Shown here in pieces: positions 24,061-26,665 of a stretch of 26,665 nucleotides of DNA. The stretch's first letter is position 1. Each line of letters opens with the position of its first letter. The notes under the pieces are model-generated. The model was not told the DNA's origin and did not search any database. It saw only the letters and a list, made by a program, of their open reading frames with translations. The position numbers and the translations under genes were made by a program. The stretch comes from Candidatus Micrarchaeota archaeon (lineage in GTDB: Archaea > Micrarchaeota > Micrarchaeia > Norongarragalinales > SBBD01). The DNA lies in assembly GCA_043813365.1 (NCBI GenBank), contig JBDRLB010000053.1, positions 1 to 26,665 of the forward strand. Direction: 5' to 3'.

Positions 24061-26451
24061 ATGGTGGGCGGATTTTCGGTAAGGCTGGCTTTGTTTGCGT
24101 TTCTGATGGTTTTAGCGGCTAATTTTGTTGATGCCGGTACCGGCTGCAATGCCGCTCATCCCTCTTGCGGCCAAATACCCACAAATGACTGCGATGTACG
24201 TGAAAATACAACCTTCCAAATGGGGTACTATTATCTGCCTGCGGGAATAGATGTTTGTGCCAATGATGTTATTCTTGATTGCGGAAATTCCCTTCTTTCG
24301 GGAGATTATAGTGGTACTTATGCTGGTATCAGTTTGCCCTATACTAAAAATGCAACGGTAAAAAATTGCGAAGCTTTTGGATACCTCTATGGTTCCGTGT
24401 TGTCCTATGCCGATTCAAATTATTATGTAAATAACCGATTTTACCGGAATAGCTATGGGATAATGGTGCATTATTCCAATTTCAATGTATTTTCAAGGAT
24501 AAATGCGAGCAACAATGCAATTGATGGGGTTTATTTGACTTTTTCAAACAATAATCTTATTGCGGAAAGTGTGGCGTCTTCCAACAACGACCACGGAATA
24601 TTTCCGCAAAATTCATATTATAACACAATCACAAAAAATACTGTAAAATATAACGCAGTTTCGGGCATTCATGGCCATATTATTTCCCATAACATATTTT
24701 CGGATAATATTGCGGAAAATAATCTGCAGTATGGAATAGCGTATTCGGCAGGAACAAATAACAGCTATATAAATAATTCGGCAAATTTCAATGGTTGGGA
24801 CGGGATTTTTTCACATTATTCTGACTCTAATAATATCACTCTAAACCGTTTCGAAGCAAACAAGCGATATGGTGCAAATATTTACTACTCAAATAAAAAC
24901 CACCTTATTTCAAATGAGTTTGTTTCCACCACTGGTTCGGGCGTATATTTTGAATCAAGCGGAAATAATTACATAATCGACAATTTAGTTGCAAATAATA
25001 CCCCGGGAATCTATCTGGCAGGTTCTTGGTACAATAACGTATCTGGTAACAAGGTAGTGAACAACTCTGTTGGGCTTAACATCCCAAGTTCCAACTATAA
25101 CCTGGTTTTCAACAATTATTTTGAAAATAGCATAAATGCGAAGGACCCGTATTATAATTATTGGAGTAAGCCAGTTACTTCCGGTGTAAATATAATCGGC
25201 GGGCCATCAGTTAGTGGAAATTACTGGTCGGATTATTTGGGTTCGGATACAAATTCCGATGGTTTTGGGGATACGCTTTTGCCCTATAATTCAAAAGGCA
25301 ACATTACCAATGGCGGCGATTACTTCCCGCTTGTTTATCCCACAGTTATTCCTTCACCATCTCCCTCCCCCAGCCCTTCACCCAATGCGACCGTTTCGCC
25401 AACACCCTCCCCCTCCCCTTCACCAACTCCTACGCCAATAAACTACGAATATGAAAATTTCTCCTCCCCAACCCTGAATCTGGATAAATGGAACATAACC
25501 GCTCCTTTTGAAGCCCCTTCCGCTCTGGATGAGTATTACCTGGATACATCCAACCAAAATTACCACACAGCGCAACTGAACGCATCGAATTCAGATGTTT
25601 CGGGGAAAATTATCGGCTATGCCTTCCAAAATGGCGATTCATTGGATTATGATGTTCTCCTTAATTCAGGCTCCGGCAACTACATGAGCAGGGTGGTGAT
25701 AAATGATGTTCCATGGGATGTCAGTTCTGGAGTTTGCTTCTGGTGCGGTGCAATCGGCTACTGGAGTGGCGCAATGGTTGCAGGCTATTCTCCCGGAACC
25801 TACCATGCGAGGATAGAATTTGCAACTGGGAACACCCTCCTCAAAATAGTGAGGCCGGATTACTCTATTGTTACGTTCAATTCCACCGCTTTTTCTGCTC
25901 CGTTCAATTTTGCCTTCAATACAAGGACCGGGCATAATGGAGCAACGCATTTTGATTACGACAATTTTGTAATAAATGGGCCGGAAATAATCGTACCATT
26001 CCCCTCCCCTTCCCCATCCCCAACTCCTTCTCCCTCACCATCGCCTTCCCCGACAGTTGATCCGCAGGACCTGCTGTTGAGGATTGCAGTTTTGGAGCAG
26101 AAAGTCGGGCAGCTGGAGAACCAAACGAGCATACTTAACGAATCAGATATTGCCCAGAATAGCCGCCTAGATGCTTTGGAGCTGGCTGTGGCTGCAATCC
26201 AGCTGACTGTAGCGGATTTGCAAACGCATTTGAACAACTTCCTGGTAAGCCAGACTCTGATAAATGACCACCTCAACTTCCTTCCTTTATCGGCTAGGAA
26301 GGATATGGTCTGCGGCTACATGGCTGCAAACAGCCTCACAACTGAGACCGCCTTCAGCCTGACCTGCACTATTGGCGGAAAGAGAGCCGCCTGCAGCTGC
26401 AAGGAGGTGCTGCCTGTAGGTGTGGATGCGTTGGTTGAAAGTCCAGTCTAG
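24061..26451 (+). CDS. Secreted/surface protein: NosD/CASH-like right-handed beta-helix, Pro-Ser linkers, beta-sandwich domain, C-terminal coiled coil and Cys motif
   Basis: Signal peptide; ~22-aa Asn-rich repeats (GIxxxxSxxNxIxxNxxxxN); NIIGGPSVSGNYWSDY cap motif; PS repeats at 25351-25437 and 26002-26052; heptads LLLRIAVLEQKVGQLE. Confidence 0.85.
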   Translation: MVGGFSVRLALFAFLMVLAANFVDAGTGCNAAHPSCGQIPTNDCDVRENTTFQMGYYYLPAGIDVCANDVILDCGNSLLSGDYSGTYAGISLPYTKNATVKNCEAFGYLYGSVLSYADSNYYVNNRFYRNSYGIMVHYSNFNVFSRINASNNAIDGVYLTFSNNNLIAESVASSNNDHGIFPQNSYYNTITKNTVKYNAVSGIHGHIISHNIFSDNIAENNLQYGIAYSAGTNNSYINNSANFNGWDGIFSHYSDSNNITLNRFEANKRYGANIYYSNKNHLISNEFVSTTGSGVYFESSGNNYIIDNLVANNTPGIYLAGSWYNNVSGNKVVNNSVGLNIPSSNYNLVFNNYFENSINAKDPYYNYWSKPVTSGVNIIGGPSVSGNYWSDYLGSDTNSDGFGDTLLPYNSKGNITNGGDYFPLVYPTVIPSPSPSPSPSPNATVSPTPSPSPSPTPTPINYEYENFSSPTLNLDKWNITAPFEAPSALDEYYLDTSNQNYHTAQLNASNSDVSGKIIGYAFQNGDSLDYDVLLNSGSGNYMSRVVINDVPWDVSSGVCFWCGAIGYWSGAMVAGYSPGTYHARIEFATGNTLLKIVRPDYSIVTFNSTAFSAPFNFAFNTRTGHNGATHFDYDNFVINGPEIIVPFPSPSPSPTPSPSPSPSPTVDPQDLLLRIAVLEQKVGQLENQTSILNESDIAQNSRLDALELAVAAIQLTVADLQTHLNNFLVSQTLINDHLNFLPLSARKDMVCGYMAANSLTTETAFSLTCTIGGKRAACSCKEVLPVGVDALVESPV

Positions 26452-26479
26452 TTTTACTTAGTTTATCCGGAAAAAGGAA

Positions 26480-26497
26480 TGCCGCTGGGGAGATTCG
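26480..26497 (-). other. Isolated tRNA 3'-end fragment (partial T-loop, 3' T-stem, 3' acceptor strand); candidate att site
   Basis: Minus strand reads CGAAT-CTCCC-CAGCGGC-A followed by TTCCTTTTT. No 5' part of the tRNA is adjacent. Only 18 nt. Confidence 0.55.
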
Positions 26498-26549
26498 CGA
26501 AAAAGCGAGAAAAAGGGGGTGATAAAAAATAAAGTGGCTTCAAAACCTA

Positions 26550-26665
26550 TTAAATTACCTACGCCTAAAGGCGTAGGATTTCCCCGTTAATAAGATGTGA
26601 GGGTGCGCTGCCTCGGGTCGTTCTCCTCGCGCACATAGCTCCGAATAGTTTCCAAATCTGCATCG
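26550..26665 (-). mobile_element. Right end of an IS200/IS605-family insertion sequence (continues beyond the window)
   Basis: Minus strand AAAT-CCTACGCC-TTTA-GGCGTAGG-taat-TTAA: subterminal hairpin (26558-26577) with guide/cleavage tetranucleotides, just after a TnpA-like C-terminus. Confidence 0.75.
26587..26665 (-). CDS. tnpA: C-terminus of an IS200-type HUH Y1 transposase (partial)
   Basis: Hand translation DADLETIRSYVREENDPRQRTLTSY* resembles the TnpA catalytic-Tyr helix (SVG-xxxxETIxxYI). Only 25 aa visible. Confidence 0.65.
   Translation of the reverse strand, partial: DADLETIRSYVREENDPRQRTLTSY

Noticed and set aside
25351..26052. Pro-Ser tandem repeats as an independent DNA repeat element
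   Set aside because: Codons vary synonymously; these are ordinary protein linkers.
26480..26549. Complete or intron-split tRNA
   Set aside because: No bulge-helix-bulge, anticodon arm or 5' acceptor strand is found next to the fragment.
26550..26586. TnpB omega-RNA 3' end
   Set aside because: The hairpin resembles such ends, but the adjacent reading frame is TnpA-like and no TnpB RuvC or zinc-finger C-terminus is visible.

Overview
Gene-dense archaeal chromosomal segment; a DPANN/Micrarchaeota-like origin is inferred from gene content, TATA-like boxes ~25-35 nt before start codons and GGTGA/GTGAT-type RBS. It encodes housekeeping genes (PMM/PGM, deoxyhypusine synthase, Rad50, GT2, rhomboid), two phospho-His swivel-domain proteins lacking an ATP-grasp domain, a membrane-tethered ArsR-type regulator, a DUF5678-like/retropepsin gene pair, a type IV pilus/secretion ATPase with two LAGLIDADG inteins 22 aa apart, a subtilase and a beta-helix surface protein. 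Structure not shown by the ORF track: a 30-aa membrane peptide gene; an exact 95-bp duplication of the dys 3' end, each copy followed by a variant of one hairpin element; a 60-bp diverged duplicate of the ATPase 3' end bracketing the subtilase; an isolated tRNA 3'-end fragment (att-like); and the right end of an IS200-family element at the window edge. No CRISPR array, rRNA or complete tRNA was seen.
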